This document shows, in pieces, positions 1 to 13,870 of a DNA stretch of 64,000 nt. Positions within the stretch are counted from its first letter, which is position 1; each line of letters begins with the position of its first letter. The position numbers and the translations under genes were made by a program. This DNA comes from Blasia pusilla (lineage: Eukaryota), in contig CM114271.1 of NCBI GenBank assembly GCA_050084515.1, positions 24,800,001 through 24,864,000 on the forward strand, given 5' to 3'. The notes beneath the pieces were generated by a model. It had not been told where the DNA came from. It worked only from the letters and a program-made list of their open reading frames with translations, and searched no databases.

Positions 1-2100
1 TCTAGCAGGGCAGAGCCACGGTGGAAAACTAGGATGTACTATATGCGGGCCTCAAGTGGATTCTGATTTTTCAAAGTCTTGTGGCAAGCCCATACATGGT
101 TGTCATCGTCGATATCTCCCATTGAGCCATCCATGGAGGACCTGTAGGTATGGATCTCATTTCAACAGGAGTGCTAAACTTAGACCACGCGTGCCTAGAC
201 TACTTTCCGAAGAGATTATTGGATGGGCAAATGAAAAACATACATATGATCAGAGTGGGGGTGAAGAAGATAGCCCCACTGATCCCTACAAGAGAACTGG
301 GGTGAAAAGTCTGAGTATACTATATTCGTTGCCTTATTGGCCAGTATCCTGCTTCCTCTCTATATTATCTATTCTTTATGTTATGAAATAGTGGCTATAG
401 AGGAGGATAGCTTTTGTTTGATTTGATTGTGGATATTAGCTATTATGTTCAAGTTGTGAGATGTCCATGCTTTCTTGATGATACAATCAGAATTTGCTTA
501 TACCTCATACGTTAGATGTAATGCACGTTGAGAAGAATATCGTTGAGAATCTAGTCAAGAACTTATTTGGAGTGAAAGATACGGTGAAAGTAAGGAGAGA
601 TTTGGAGGCCCATGGGATTCAATCCCATTGTGGTTGCAACCCCATCCTAGTAGACCCCAAGTTTTCCTCAAACCAGTTTCCGATTATTGTCTATCTCCCC
701 ATGACTTGAACACTTTCCTTTTGAGGATTCAGAACTTGAAGGTGCCATCTGGATATTGCGGAGAACTCTCCAAGCATGTGGTTAATCGAAAATTGGGCAA
801 TATGAAATCACATGATTACCATGTCTTCATTCAGCAAATCCTTCCTTATTGCATCCGTGGTCTTCTGAAGGACCATGTGAGAATGGTGGTTATTAGATTA
901 TCCGGCATTTTTAGAATGGTGTGTACAAAGGTGTATGATCCAACTTTATTCAACAAACTCCAAGAAGAGATTGCCATAACCCTTTGTCTCTTTGAAATGT
1001 ATTTCCCTCCATCTTTCTTCGACGTGATGACATATTTTTTGATTCATGTCGTAGAAGAATTGGACATATGTGAGCCAGTAGAATGTCGGTGGATGTATCC
1101 AATGGAGCGGTATATGGGGTACATGAAGAAGTATGTATGGTCTAAAGCTAGGCCAGAGGGGTTTATGGCAGAAGGGTATGTGAAGGACGAGGCGTTAGGG
1201 TTTGTGACAGAGTATATGAAAAGGTTTGAAGATGTGCGGACGTGAGTGTGGGATGATGGGGAGGAAGAGGGGGTCGTTGGTGAGGAGCTAGAAGGTGCGG
1301 GCACTCCAGTTCAACTTTCGTGAGAAATTATCAACTTAGCACATCAGTATGTGTTGCATAATACAGAGGTCATGGTTTATTGGCAAAGGTAAAACTCTCC
1401 AATGCATGCAATTCAAGGTTATACTTATGTTAATTACCGTTCGGACTCTCAAAGTGTATATTATTTTGGTATTGACACATTAAATACAAAAGAATGTACT
1501 AATACCATTAACATTGTTATTAAACAGGAAATATCAATCATGTTCAAGAGATATTCCTTTTGAAAAGTGGATCCGCCCTGCCATTACACAGGATGCAATT
1601 GACAACTCAAAAGACCCTGATGCTCACCTACTATCGTTAGCTATATCTCCTAATAGTAGGGCATTGTCATTCAAGAGTATGAAAGCCTACAAAAACCACT
1701 ACAAGGTAGAAGGGCCAAGTGGTGCAACACCCTTCTCCACTTATGATAGTGGAATAGGTGCAGTATTTTTAGATGAAAAAAAGTTCCAACCAGAATTGTT
1801 TATATTCGTATGTTGGGGTGTTGGTTGATATTCTCTTACTTGATTATGGGATTATAGAACAACCCATAATACTAATGCGAGGGCGGTGGGTTAAGGCATA
1901 TTGGGATTCAAGAGTAGGGTCCATGCAATTGGATAAGGAGGGTTTTTTGTTGGCCAACTTGAGGTCATGCGAGCCATTAGATCACCAACCATTTGTTTTC
2001 CCATCACAAGTGCAACAAGTGTTTTATGGAGATGCTGATGAGTGTGGAGGATGGAAAGTGGTAATGAGGAAGGAAGCTAGAGCTTAGAGAGTTTATTTTG
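1..2100 (+). pseudogene. CACTA TnpD-type transposase remnant (Transposase_21 C-terminal part, DUF4218- and DUF4216-like regions)
   Basis: Motifs SLPYW, LDVMHVEKNI, MKSHDYHVF, FPPSFFDVMT, RWMYPMERYM and PFVFPSQVQQVFY, with frameshifts and stops. Confidence 0.9.
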
Positions 2101-3354
2101 ATGACTTAGAGTCAATAGATGGAGCTTGTAATGCTTTGCCCACCTTCCATGCCACATGCATGGAACTAGGGAATCTACCAGATGCAAGTATCTTAGGAGC
2201 TAGAGTCCTAAGTGATGCAGAAATGGAAGCTGCTAGGGTGGATGTGCAGCATGTGCCAATAATCCATGTATGCGATATGATAGAAGACGTTGATTCAGAC
2301 TCTAATAACTGAGAATTAGATTAGACTAATCCATAGTTGTATCTTTGGTACTCACCAATGTGTTTTTTTTGGTATGATTCAAATAATTGACTTTTGTTAG
2401 GAGGATGTAAGTGAATTCTGGTGTTTTTGGGCATAATGGATGAAACTCTATGGCAGCAAGTAGAACTCTCAAATTGCTGTCAAGTTAGATGTTATTCTTG
2501 CTAACTTGTCGTCTACAGAGGGAGGGAGGCGCTTGGAACGGTGTACTTGATATGATTGATGAGAACATGGAATCCAATCAAAGTTCATCTTGGAATGGTG
2601 TAAATAATGTTCAACAAAGTCCTAATCCATACGAGGAAGAAAGGAATCGCAGAGTGAGAGAGAGAAAGGCCAAAGAGGCGGAGTTGTTTGGTGGGTTGAA
2701 GGATTGGTAAGTATGATCTTGGATAACCTTTATTTTTTTCTTTATTTGGTCAAGTGTATCATGTTCATATAATGGTTGTACATTAGGAAATATGACAAAA
2801 TTTGTGTGATCATATTTTGAAGGTTTGTTGCTTCAAGGGTTGTGAAGGAGCACAAGCCTTTATCATTTTGGAATCCTTCTCTTCCACAAAAACGCAGCTT
2901 ACGGTTGGAGGAGAAGGCCACTAACCAAAGTGTAATCCCTGAGGAGACTTGAAAAGATTGTTCAGATAGTGATTCCAAAGACCCCTATTATAATCCACTC
3001 CTTGAGATGGACTTCTTGGGGGTTGAAGAGGATGATGACTTGTGGCTGGAGGATGGGAGGGTATTTTCTCTTCACATCTTGTTGTTTTGTTACTCTCTCA
3101 AGATTTCAGAATTATGAATACTGTATTAACTCACAATGAGATGTCTATTTTGAATAGCCTCAAGCAAAGGAGCGTCCAGTCAAACCATCCAAACAGGGAA
3201 GTGTACGAAATTCCACCAATACAAACGATGCGGTAATGTAATTGTAGATATGGAGGAATATTCAACTATCTCTATATGTATGATTGGTATGGAATAAACT
3301 GAGTGGTAGAAACGTGTCATTATGACTTCACTAATCTTTATTCATAAAATGCTC

Positions 3355-3500
3355 TTGTTGGATTCTCAACATCCACTTCTCTAAGCACCATTAATCTGAT
3401 CGGCCCCCTTGTATGAGGAGGGGCCTAGATTGATGGTTCCAACTTAGACGTCGAAGGACTCATACTAATATGACGTAGGTGGTTTTAGGAGTAGCGTTAC
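3355..3500. repeat. Dispersed repeat shared (inverted) with about 60520-60660
   Basis: GGATTCTCAACATCCACTTCT..GGCCCCCTT..TTAGACGTC occurs in both locations. Confidence 0.7.
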
Positions 3501-4548
3501 TAGGTTTATCTAACCCTATTTTTCTATTAATAGAAATGAAGAAAAATAGGTAAAAACCCTAGTTTTCCCGAGTAGTCAAATAGTCGGGAGCCGCAACGGT
3601 AGCGCATTCTTGTATGTCGAGTTATCTCCCAGTTTAGGTTCCATCAAAGCTCTTCTGTGAGCGCACGGACGGACTATGCCACTTTGTATCTCTAAGTTTT
3701 GTAAAGATTTCAGTGATTTCGTCACTTTCTGTTTTCTCACAGCTCTCTAGTTTAGTTTACTAACAAATTTACTTACATGTGTAGCACATGGACGGAACTC
3801 CATCACAACCCATAATGCCTTCGCAAGCATATCCCCCTCCTCCATCCCCATGGGCACAAATCCAGATGCCGTGGTGGGTATCTTTGATGATGCAATCACC
3901 GATGGGTTATAGAAGTCAATTTCAGCCACCATGGACCAATGGAGCTCAATCATCCATGACCATCCCATCCCCGTGGGTAAGTAGGCTTACTATTATGCCC
4001 TTTCTTGTTTTTTCACATAGGAATTCAATTACTTGGAAGTCTAAGTAGCTAATTGTATTTCTTTTGTGGACACAAGGGACATGGGTCATCCCAACCGCCG
4101 CCCCCAACACCGTTGGCACCTCCATTGGCCAGCGGGAATACGGACGATCAATTATACCGTAGTAGGTCTCAATCTTGCGCAACACCAAGCCCATAAGAAA
4201 ATTTGACCCCGCAAGCAGGTGCATCTACATGTAACTTCTCACTTGGTTCCGAGTTTGCAAATTTATATTGAATAGGTTGTTGTATTCTTGCACGCAACGA
4301 CCTCAATTATAGAGTGATGAAAATGTGGTACTTTCCAGACCTATGTTCATGTGGCTACTCACTTCTTGAGTCTATGTTTTGGAAGTTATTAAAAATGATA
4401 TGATATGATGCAGAATTCATGCCTATAGAAATTCATTTTATAGTTTACATATTTCTAGGTCATCTGATTTGTTTATAGATCATGTGGTTTTTTAAAAAGT
4501 TTTTCAAAATTTATCGGTTATAGTTAGGGTAGAGTTCACCACACTTAT

Positions 4549-6862
4549 TGTCGCGACCCTCATAACCAAACAACTCCACATAGGCGCCAAGCAGAACATC
4601 AGAACATAAGTGGACTCACGTTGCGATGTTTGAGCTTTGGAGAGGCGTTTGGAAATGTCTCTTGGAAAAGTCCGAGAGACGAAATGCGGAACAAAGTTGT
4701 GCATTTCATACATTAGTGGTTGCAACCTGGAAACCTAGACCAAACGCGAGCCAAGACTTGAGATGAGTTGAGTCTTGGAAGGTTGGTTGCCAAAGAGGTG
4801 AGAACCAGTTTTGGAACACGACTAGCGTTTGGGGAATTCGACTGTGTTTTGGAGTATAACGTTTAGCCCCAAGATGCATTTGACACAAGTAAGAGCGCAT
4901 TGGAAAGATTATCTTGAGACGCTTCCAACGCATCAAAGATCTTAGCGAACACATAAGTACAGACTGAGATATTGGCGGAAAGAAACTGTGAAAGCAATCG
5001 GGTTAGGCCAATTGGAGGGGCCCGGGTGTCTTTCCCTAAAGGTAGGGGGACCCTGGTGATCCCTTGAAGTACTAGTAAGGGAGGAGTCTCTCCAAGATGT
5101 CTTGGAACACGAATCCCCACTTTGAGCGCCAAACGGCATCTCAGAGGCACGGGATGGAACGGAAGTTTGGCGTTGGAACTCGAAACCCAAACTTGATCCA
5201 AGGAAGTGGACTTTGTACACCACACTTGGATTCCAGCCTGAGATTCACTTTGTGCAAGTCTCGGTTAGGCACTCTTTGGACGTCCATCAGACAATTGGAA
5301 CCGCCACGCGCGAAACGTCATTGGAGGTTCTTGAACCGACCAGAAAGTCTGTCCCAAGTCTTTCGAGACTTTCCCGTGTTGTAAACCGCGAAACTAGGAA
5401 GGTTGAGCTTGATGAGAGACCGAGATGAGAACTTGGAAAGTTAGCCCGCCGCTTAATCCAAGACCCGACTAACCAAAGTGCGTGTTTGGATGCAGATCAA
5501 TGTTGAGAGCGTTGTCGTATAGTAAAATCAGTTAATGTGTAAACTCCTTTCTCGTTAAGTGTTAGATAGAATTTTATTAGTATTAAGTAAATTAGCTTAG
5601 GAAAAGGAAATTCCCATGTTTAAACCTCTTTATGGTGCCTCTTTTATACGGGCCCAACTTTAGGAAAAGAGGTAATAAATAAAAGATGACTTTATAGAAG
5701 TAAAGTAGTGAGGTTGGTGCTTTAATGAAAAGCAAAAGTAGGCTTGGTTGGTGGTTAGGTTAGTTGGGATAATTTGGAAAATATCAAGTGGGTAAAAGAG
5801 GATATTTTGGAAGAGATAAGAGGAAATCTACTTGTGTCAAAATGTGATTGGCTAAGCCTTGAAAGGAAGCAATGTGGCACAAGATAAGATTAGCTCTATT
5901 TCGTACTCTTGTGGATCACTTGTGAGTATATAAAGAGGAGGTACCTTCAAGGGTTCATCACCTTCTATTCCACATCTTGATTCTCTCATGTCACTCTTGA
6001 GTGTATGGCTTTGGGATTTCTTGCTCTTCCAATGAGAGTAGATCACCCCTCTTGGGAGAGTAACTTGACCATGGTCTATTTTTCGAGAGGTTTCTAGAGT
6101 GTGGTGTGTGTGTGTGTGGAGATGAGAGGTTTGTCACCTTAGAGGAGTTTAGTCATACTAAAATAGTGAATTTTTTGGCTTGTTACTTTCCCAATGAGAG
6201 TGGATTATCCCTCTTGGGAGAATAACTCCGCCAAAACCTATTCTTGAGGAGAGTAGAGAATGTCTGTCAAACATGGATAGGGGTGGAGCACGAGTTGTGC
6301 CCGACTTTCCTTTCCTCAATCCATACCATGTCAAGATACTCTTTGTAGATAGGCACTGGTTCACTCGCTATTTAGTTTATCACTTTGGGGAAGTGTTCAT
6401 GAACCAAATCATTCAATCTCCAACTCCGGTGATCCTTCCTATCGTCACATATGGAAGGACATGGGATTGTACTTTGTATGTCCTTATATAGCGATCCATG
6501 GATGTCAATAGGCCTGCTCAAGTAGGATTTAACACTAGTTATGCTATCTTCATCGTGTATAAGTGTAAAATAGTTTATAGGAATTTTATAGTTAGGAATT
6601 TCGGGATCCGATGTTACGAAGAAGTGATCGCCTCGGCACTTCCATTTGTGATACTTGTCGTGAGAGAATGGAGAGTAAACATAATAATTTTATATTGAAA
6701 AAAGAGATCTTCTCAGAGAGTTCATCTTGCATCGACCACGTCTGCCGCAACTAGAAGGCCTGCCCTTACTTGAAGAAAGGCTCTCGACATGACAGCGCGA
6801 CCTACTGAACTCACGCTTCCGCAATAACAAGATTAGCGTTCAAGGAGAGTAGGCGCACGATA
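4549..6862. mobile_element. 2.3 kb solo-LTR-like or non-autonomous insertion inside the CACTA element
   Basis: Starts TGTCGCGACC and ends GGCGCACGATA (CA>TA), flanked by the 5-bp direct repeat CTTAT (4544-4548 and 6863-6867). TATA-like TATATAAA near 5927. No recognisable ORF. Confidence 0.75.
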
Positions 6863-7199
6863 CTTATGCTATTTGCTGATATATACTCCTCGATTGTTCA
6901 TGATACATATGACTTTTGAGAATTGACATAATGGTTCTCAGTTTCATGATTCTTATTAAAGTGTTTGCTGAATTCTTGAATGGTCTCTTTGATTTGTGGA
7001 AATGTGGTAGTCTCCATATTCATATTCATTTGGCTATTGTATTCTAGAACCTTAGTTTCTAAAATTTAGAAACGATATGATGGTAGAATGAGTCCACATT
7101 TTCTAGGCTTAATGGGAGAATACAATTGTTCTAAATTACATGGTTGGTTGGATTATGAAAGGTGTGAAACTATTACTAGTATAAATTGGTCTTACAGTT

Positions 7200-9634
7200 A
7201 ATATAGTTCAACATAATTATGATTTGGTGAGTTTATAATCGTCGGCCCTATATTTTCGACATCTGAAAATTGGGATGGTGGTATATTTTTAAGAGAACGG
7301 CAGAGTCGCACAAAGCGTGATTTGTGGACTCGTGATGTCTTCATTAGGAAGGAGCAGAACTTAAAACCTAGATGTGAGCTCATGCCAAATGGTATTTCGT
7401 CGCCTAGAGTTCCAGGTTATGAGCCTTGGCTAAATGAATTGAAGGTATGGGTGATGAGGTACTTGGACTTATCATGCATTGAGATTAGTAAACATAATTC
7501 TAGCAGCATGGCTGCTGTTCATAATCACATTCTTGAGGCATACACATGTGTGGGAGCATAATCTCTTTCGCTTGATTTCATGAAGAATAAAATAGCACAA
7601 CTATTGAAAACTGAGCGATCCAATATCAAGAACAATTGGACATTACATGGGGCTCATCTCGCAGTCCTGTGTAACCCTGATACCAATGAGGAGTCATGGA
7701 ATCGATTAGTAGATTATTGGTTCTCCGAGGAGGGAAAAATGAAGGCAGAAAAGATAGCTCGAGCAAGGGCCAAGGTCCAGACTTTAAATTTCTCCGGCCG
7801 TGAAGATTTAGATGGACTTGATGTAAGTCATCTTGGCATTCCCTAGTTTTCTTGCTAAAGTTACATAATGGTAGAAAACTTCCATTATTGCTTAATTTCC
7901 ATATTTGCATTGAACCATTTCACATGCATGAAATTAATAATCTATGTATTTAAGGAGCATGTGTAGGTGCAACAATGTACCTCAAAGGAGTCCTTGGGCA
8001 CGGGGCTAGAATCTATGGAGAGAGACGAGTTGCCTAAACAACCAGGTTTCACACAATTGAGTTCATCGGTAAATGTAAATGCATAACTCTTTTCTTACGT
8101 GTTGGCTTGACATGGCTAGTATCATGACCTTCATTTGATTGGATCATGGAGTTAGTATCATATCCTTAATTAGGTTGAATTATGGAGTTAGTATCATGGT
8201 TATATCTGGCTGTATAATTGCAACACCATTGTTTTTTTGTACCTAATTGATCGTTGGATTATATATGCAGAGTGTGGAAACTAGAGTCACTATTCAATTG
8301 GAAGAAGTGGAAAAGAAGTGGAGCGCAGATTTGGATGATGCAAAGTTGCAGATGGAACGGCAGAACAAAGCATTAAGTGTACTCATGGAAATGGTGTCCA
8401 AGCTTACTTCAAAGGATGTGTCTTCAACACCACACTAGATTTCTAGTTCCCCGCCATCCAATTCTCAACCATATGCAACAAGGGATGAGAAGCTCACATC
8501 AGGTAGCCCATTCTCATTTTTCCGCCCTCGATTATCAATGGTTATAACTACTTGTCCTTTCCAACATGAGTGTTTCAAAACTGACTTTCTTTGTTTTGAG
8601 TAACTTTCTGTCATTATTGAACCTATACCAACGTCTGAAGCCATACAATTAGGGAAGAGGAAGATCTCCACACAAAAAGAGGCAATGGCAACTACAGAAT
8701 CTGGTGGTAAGGAGTGAGTTTAGCTTCACTAGATGTAGCGTCTTCTAATATAATTACTTGTTCAAGTGAAGAATCTGGTCTTACAATTCATTTCTCAAGA
8801 CTTGGGTTGTTTGTAGAAGTGCCAGAACGGAGCAACAAAAGGAGAAGTTTTATAGAAAGTGTAGATGGTGATACTCGAATCACTCATAAGTATGTCATCC
8901 TTGGCATAATGAATTTGTCTTTGGCGTAGTTTTCAACCTATCCACAAAACAATAGTCATTTCTTCCTACAACGTTCAATAGACTTTGGCGTCCATATTGT
9001 GCAGAAAACATGAGTATGGATAGCCAAGCCAAATTATCACCAACCAAAAGATAGAAGTCTAGGCTACAATGTGATGGTTTGAATGAGTAGGAAAGTGAAA
9101 TCAAATCGGGCTCGTCTGAGAAAAGAACTAAGGTAATTTATCTCATCTTTAATGGTCTCTTCTATTCAAGGTTTATATGACGACACTGATATTTCTTGTT
9201 GTGGACAGTCAAATGGTCGTCTAGGACTTGTGAAATTTTTGCATCATCTTGTGAAATGGGTATGGTCTTTCAAACAGATATATCATAGCAATTTTTTTTA
9301 TTTTCAGGTTAATGGTGCAAATGCATGTGGGAAGAATTTGAATTGATACTAACTAAATGCCTGTGTATTTTTTTAGATACGAATTGGTGATCACGTATTA
9401 CTCACCAAGCCAAAGTTGAGTAGGATGGTGCTTGGGTCAGGAGTTATATTAGGTTTTGGTGGAAGAGACAAGTTCCATGCCAAAGATATCCCCTTAGGCA
9501 TGGTGAGGGTTGATCTAAACGAGGTGTTCAAACCAGAACATGCTTTGTGGATGCCGAATTTGATAGAAAAATTTGGTGATACTCTTGGCTCAAGCATGCT
9601 CTGGCCAGAGATGCATATGAGAAAGGTGATTTAG
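7200..9634 (+). pseudogene. CACTA TnpA-like accessory gene remnant (spliced, disrupted)
   Basis: ORFs 7322-7846 (WNRLVDYWFSEEGK..ARAKV), a coiled-coil at 8247-8438, and 9416-9634 (GMVRVDLNEV..ALWMP..GSSMLWP), typical of plant En/Spm second ORFs. Confidence 0.65.
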
Positions 9635-10239
9635 TAGAGTAGTCTTTTCTTTTGGCACCTAACTATCTAAGGTGCACTAACTTTATTTTCATGGATGACA
9701 TGATCTCTCTTGCTCTTTCAAGATGAGATCATAAACCCTCCTATATTTTATCTTCATTTTTTTATCTACTTGGATTATAAACCCATGTAATAGTGATTCA
9801 TTTTGTAATTTGGTGTATGGAAGCTACTCTATGGTGACATTCCATCCCTCAAAATCTGTTTTCAAGAGTATATTTTCATTATTTTCTTGGTTAATTGCTT
9901 GCATATGTTTCGTTTGTAGCAAGACATTCTTATTACATCTCTTTCTAAACTCACAGAAAAAATACATGTAGTTTCTTGATTACTTCAAGATTCCACTACT
10001 CAATGTAACAACATAGTGATGATGCGCTACTTCCATGTAGTTGAGTTGACATGTTTCTGGATATATGATGTTGTTTTGTTATGTGTGCTTTTTTCAAAAT
10101 TATACTATATGCTAAGGTGAACGCTTAAGTGTTCATCATATAAATGGAAAAGAGGATTTCAATAATTCAAATCCATTAATTCTTGCACTGTTCAAAAGGC
10201 ATAAGAAACATTCCAAAATATCCAAAATTTATATTCCCA

Positions 10240-10957
10240 CTAGTCATATCGATATAACTAGCATAGTACGGTTCAATAACTGAAGTAGTAAGCTTCAAGT
10301 TCTCTCTAGTCATAATTGTATGACTCATGCAGTTCTGTTGCAATGACTACATAATTTTCACAACTCACATAGTGATATCTTTGTGACTAAACCAGTTGTG
10401 TCCGCTTCTATAGTAGTCATATAACTCTACTCTTCTAGTCATAGTACATGACTACCTGAGTCCATACCAACATTTCAATAAAATAAAATGACTACATGAG
10501 TTTCTAACTATAACTGAATGGAGTACACTTGGTGCATTTTGATAGGATATTCTGAACTTTTGCACACCAACCATGACTAAAGAAGTCGTTGGTGGTAACT
10601 AGAAAAATATACACATATGACTAGATGAGTCGTACTCAAGTCCACATCATCATTGATATGTCACAACAATAGTCCATGTCATGAGTGACACATCATACTA
10701 AATAGTCCATGTCGCTGATGATGTGTCATTATTCCACATCATCTAAGTGATTTGTCAGTCATGGCCTTATGACTTCATCCTCGAGTTATTTACCAACCTC
10801 CGTCTAAGCTGACCATCCTAGTTAGCCTAGTCGCCAAACAAATATGACTTGGCTTTTGTGTCTAAAGTAGTCGTCAGTCATTGTTAGTCGTGGTATGTAA
10901 AGTGTGACTCATATGAGTCACATAACCTAGTCATAAAACCATAGATTTCTTCTAGTG
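10240..10957. repeat. CACTA subterminal repeats and right TIR
   Basis: Repeated TAGTCAT/ATGACT motifs in both orientations, ending in TCTAGTG. Confidence 0.75.
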
Positions 10958-10969
10958 CAAGATGCTATT

Positions 10970-11213
10970 TGTCATGCGTATACACATTGCTACACAAATG
11001 TTGTTGTTACCAATTATAAACACAGAAACACAAGATACCATACTTGCTTATGACATCTGATCATCGAGATGATCATATAATAAATTATCTCCAATAAATC
11101 AAGATCACTGAAAAGCTCTGAAAAAATCTCCATCTCTTTCTCATGTCAAACCAAACCCACTCTCCTAATGAGATGCTTGGATTATTCATAAGGCAACCTG
11201 GACCATAACTTCG
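10970..11213 (-). mobile_element. Internally deleted fragment of the DNMT-retroelement family (3' tail joined to part of the 5' head)
   Basis: 10970-11060 matches the tail at 24847-24940 (TGTCATGCGTATACACATTGCTACAC). 11130-11213 matches the head repeat (AAACCAAACCCACTCTCCTAATGAG). Confidence 0.7.
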
Positions 11214-11289
11214 TTTTCGTGTAATAAAATGATTTACTAAGTATATTCCACTCTTACTAGTATTAGAGAGAGTGTTATAAGTATTAGAT

Positions 11290-12470
11290 AAATTATTTTA
11301 GAAAAATAAAATTTTACGTTTAAACGTCTGTATGGTGCCTCATTTATACGAGCCTGAGTGCGAGCCCAACTTTAGGAAAAGAGGTAATAAATGAGGCATG
11401 GAAAATATAAAATTAAAGTAGTGGATTGGTGTATTAATGAAAATAAAGTAAAATAATCTTGGTCGATGAAGAAATCAATGCTAGGGTAGTTGGGGTAATT
11501 AAAGGATATAAAGTGGGTTTATGATTATATTTTAGGAGGAGATAAAAAATAATCTACTTGTGTCAAAATGAGATTGGCTAAGCCTTGAGAAGAAGCCATG
11601 TGACACAAGATAAGATTAGCCCTATTTTTTACTTTTGTGGATCTTTTGTGAGTATATGAGGAGGAGGGACCTTCAAGGATCCTTTGGGAGTATATGAAGA
11701 GGAGAGACCTTCAAGGATTCACCACCTTGAACTTCATTTATCAGGTCTCTTTTATTGCTCTTAATTAGATGGTATTGGACTTGCTTGCTCTTCCAATGAG
11801 AGTGGATTACCCCTCTTGGGAGAATGACTTGGCTACGATATATCCTTCAAGAGTTTTAAGAGTATGATATGTGTGGAGATGATTATTTGGAAATACTTGT
11901 TATCTTAGAAGATTTTCCTTTATCATTCTAGGGATAGTGGATGGATTTGGACTTGTTACTTTTCGAACGAGAGTGAATTATCCCTCTTAAGAGAGAAACT
12001 CCATTATAACCCATTCTTGAGAAGTTAGAGATTATCAAATATAGGCTGAACTAGGAAAGCTTATCTTCCATGAATCCGAGGGAATGTGTGTAGGGATTTA
12101 TCCGTGATCTAAATTTGTGTAAATAAAGAGAGGAGGATAGAGTATGTACGTATGCGAAAATCATGGATATGAGTGGAGCGCGAGTTGTACCCGATTTCCC
12201 ATTTCTTAATCCATTCCACGTAAAAGTCCTCTTCGTGGACAGACATTGATTTACTCATTATCTAATCTACCACTTTAGAAAGCATTCATGGACCAAGTTA
12301 TGCAATCACCAACTTCGATGATATTTCCTATTGTCACATACAAATTTTACATTGTATTGGAATTATATCTTGTATGTCCCTATTTAGAGATCTATGGATG
12401 TAAATAAGCCTGCCCGAGTATGGATTAATACTAGTTGTGCTATTTTTCTTTCATACAAGTGTAAAGTAGT
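11290..12470 (+). repeat. Diverged partial copy of the 4549-6862 element
   Basis: Collinear similarity to about 5590-6590, e.g. GCCCAACTTTAGGAAAAGAGGTAATAAAT and ATCTACTTGTGTCAAAATG. A further short match lies at about 15185-15255. Confidence 0.8.
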
Positions 12471-13079
12471 TTACAAAGACTTCTTCTTCAAACTCATTCA
12501 ATAGTACTAAGCACAAAATATGCCACTTGCTGGTTAGAAATGTCAACAACCTTATCTTCTCCATATAAGCTAAAATTTTCTTCCATCTCCTTGACATATG
12601 AACCAAGTGAAAATGGGTTATTGATGCCATCGCTACTGTCTTCCCACATTTTTCTTATTCCTTGTTGTTGATTCTTCATTAGTTTTCTGTCTGAAGAAAT
12701 AGTTCACTTCACTCGACAAGTCTTCTTGGTCTTGAAGATGAATATGCCGGAATTCTCCTTCTTGCCTCTTTTTCCCTTTAAATTTAGTTCACAAACATAT
12801 GTGCGTGTTCTTCTTTCCATGTGGTAACTCTCTTACCAATTTAATTCTATTGCTACTTCTAATTTGGAAGATATAGAAATCTTCCCCCAAAGGCTAGCTT
12901 CTTCCTTACATGAAAAGCTAGACTTGAAGTTCTTATGTTAATGAAGTACTCTATACTTTTGCATTTGCTAGCTCTTCAAAATCCTTCATAACTTCCTTTC
13001 CTAGACTTACACTCACTACTTCTTCTTTAAAACCAATAACAATGCGCTCTCTTCATAAATTCTTCTTTATGTTCTTGTG

Positions 13080-13250
13080 CCATGATTCCATATTGTGAAT
13101 GGATTGAAAATCTTGGGAATTCCTTGACCTCAATAGTCACATCAACTTTGAAAGTCCACTATGAAGATGTGCAGCTTGATGGTCCCCACAACTCTAGAAA
13201 ACCTACGAGGTCCTCTACCTCGATTTTCCATCTTGAAATCCATGGGTTAT
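13080..13250 (-). pseudogene. gag fragment related to the DNMT-retroelement
   Basis: Translates as GRGPRRFSRVVGTIKLHIFIVDFQS*CDY..FNPFTIWN, versus GRGPRRFSGAIDTIELYDFITEFRSWCDS..FNSFTTWN in ORF 31769-32149. Confidence 0.75.
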
Positions 13251-13307
13251 GACCAAGGTTGCACTCTCACAAAGTTTTTGTCTGTGGGGTAGTACTTGTG
13301 TCTATCC

Positions 13308-13870
13308 TAGGGACAGAAATTTTCGTGCAAGCCTAGATTCCCACGGCCCGCTCATGGGCCTGCCTTGCCCGCAATGTAGACTCGAGCTTGTCCAACCTCC
13401 ACCCAATCCAATAACGTGTTGGCCATTCTTGTCACCCGTTCTATAGTCAACACCAAGCCCATGGAGACCCGCATTGAGACTACGCATGGACCGCATCGAG
13501 ACAGCCTAGCCTGCACCGGCCTACCATATGCCTACAAAGGGTAGGCTCCAAGGCTTGTAAGGCCTACTTTAGGCATGCCCTCTACGAGTGTGGACCTTCC
13601 TCGGCCAAGATGGGCTCAATGAGGGCCATGAGCAGGCTCAATGCAAGCCTAACAAGGGCTTAATGCAAGCCTAGCAAGGGCTTATAGCTTGCACATCCAT
13701 CTTTTCCTTGCCCACACTTGTTTCGACATCTCAAGCCTGCGCGGACGACGAGGGTACCAAAAATTGTTGGCGAGGGACCCATTGGGCATGTTCAAGGACC
13801 TCACTGTGGACATGTTTGATTATATCTGTCCCATGTATGGACATGTCTATTTCCATGAAACCTTGGTAAT
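13308..13870 (+). mobile_element. hAT-like non-autonomous element (MITE)
   Basis: Starts TAGGGACAGA, is GGCCC/GGGCC-rich, and has an inverted homologue at about 61280-61590. Confidence 0.5.

Larger units (their letters stand above)
1..10957 (+). mobile_element. CACTA (En/Spm) DNA transposon, decayed; left end lies outside the window
   Basis: TnpD-like and TnpA-like ORF remnants. The right end reads ...ATAGATTTCTTCTAGTG (reverse complement CACTAGAAGAAAT) at 10957, preceded by many ATGACT/AGTCAT subterminal motifs. Confidence 0.85.
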
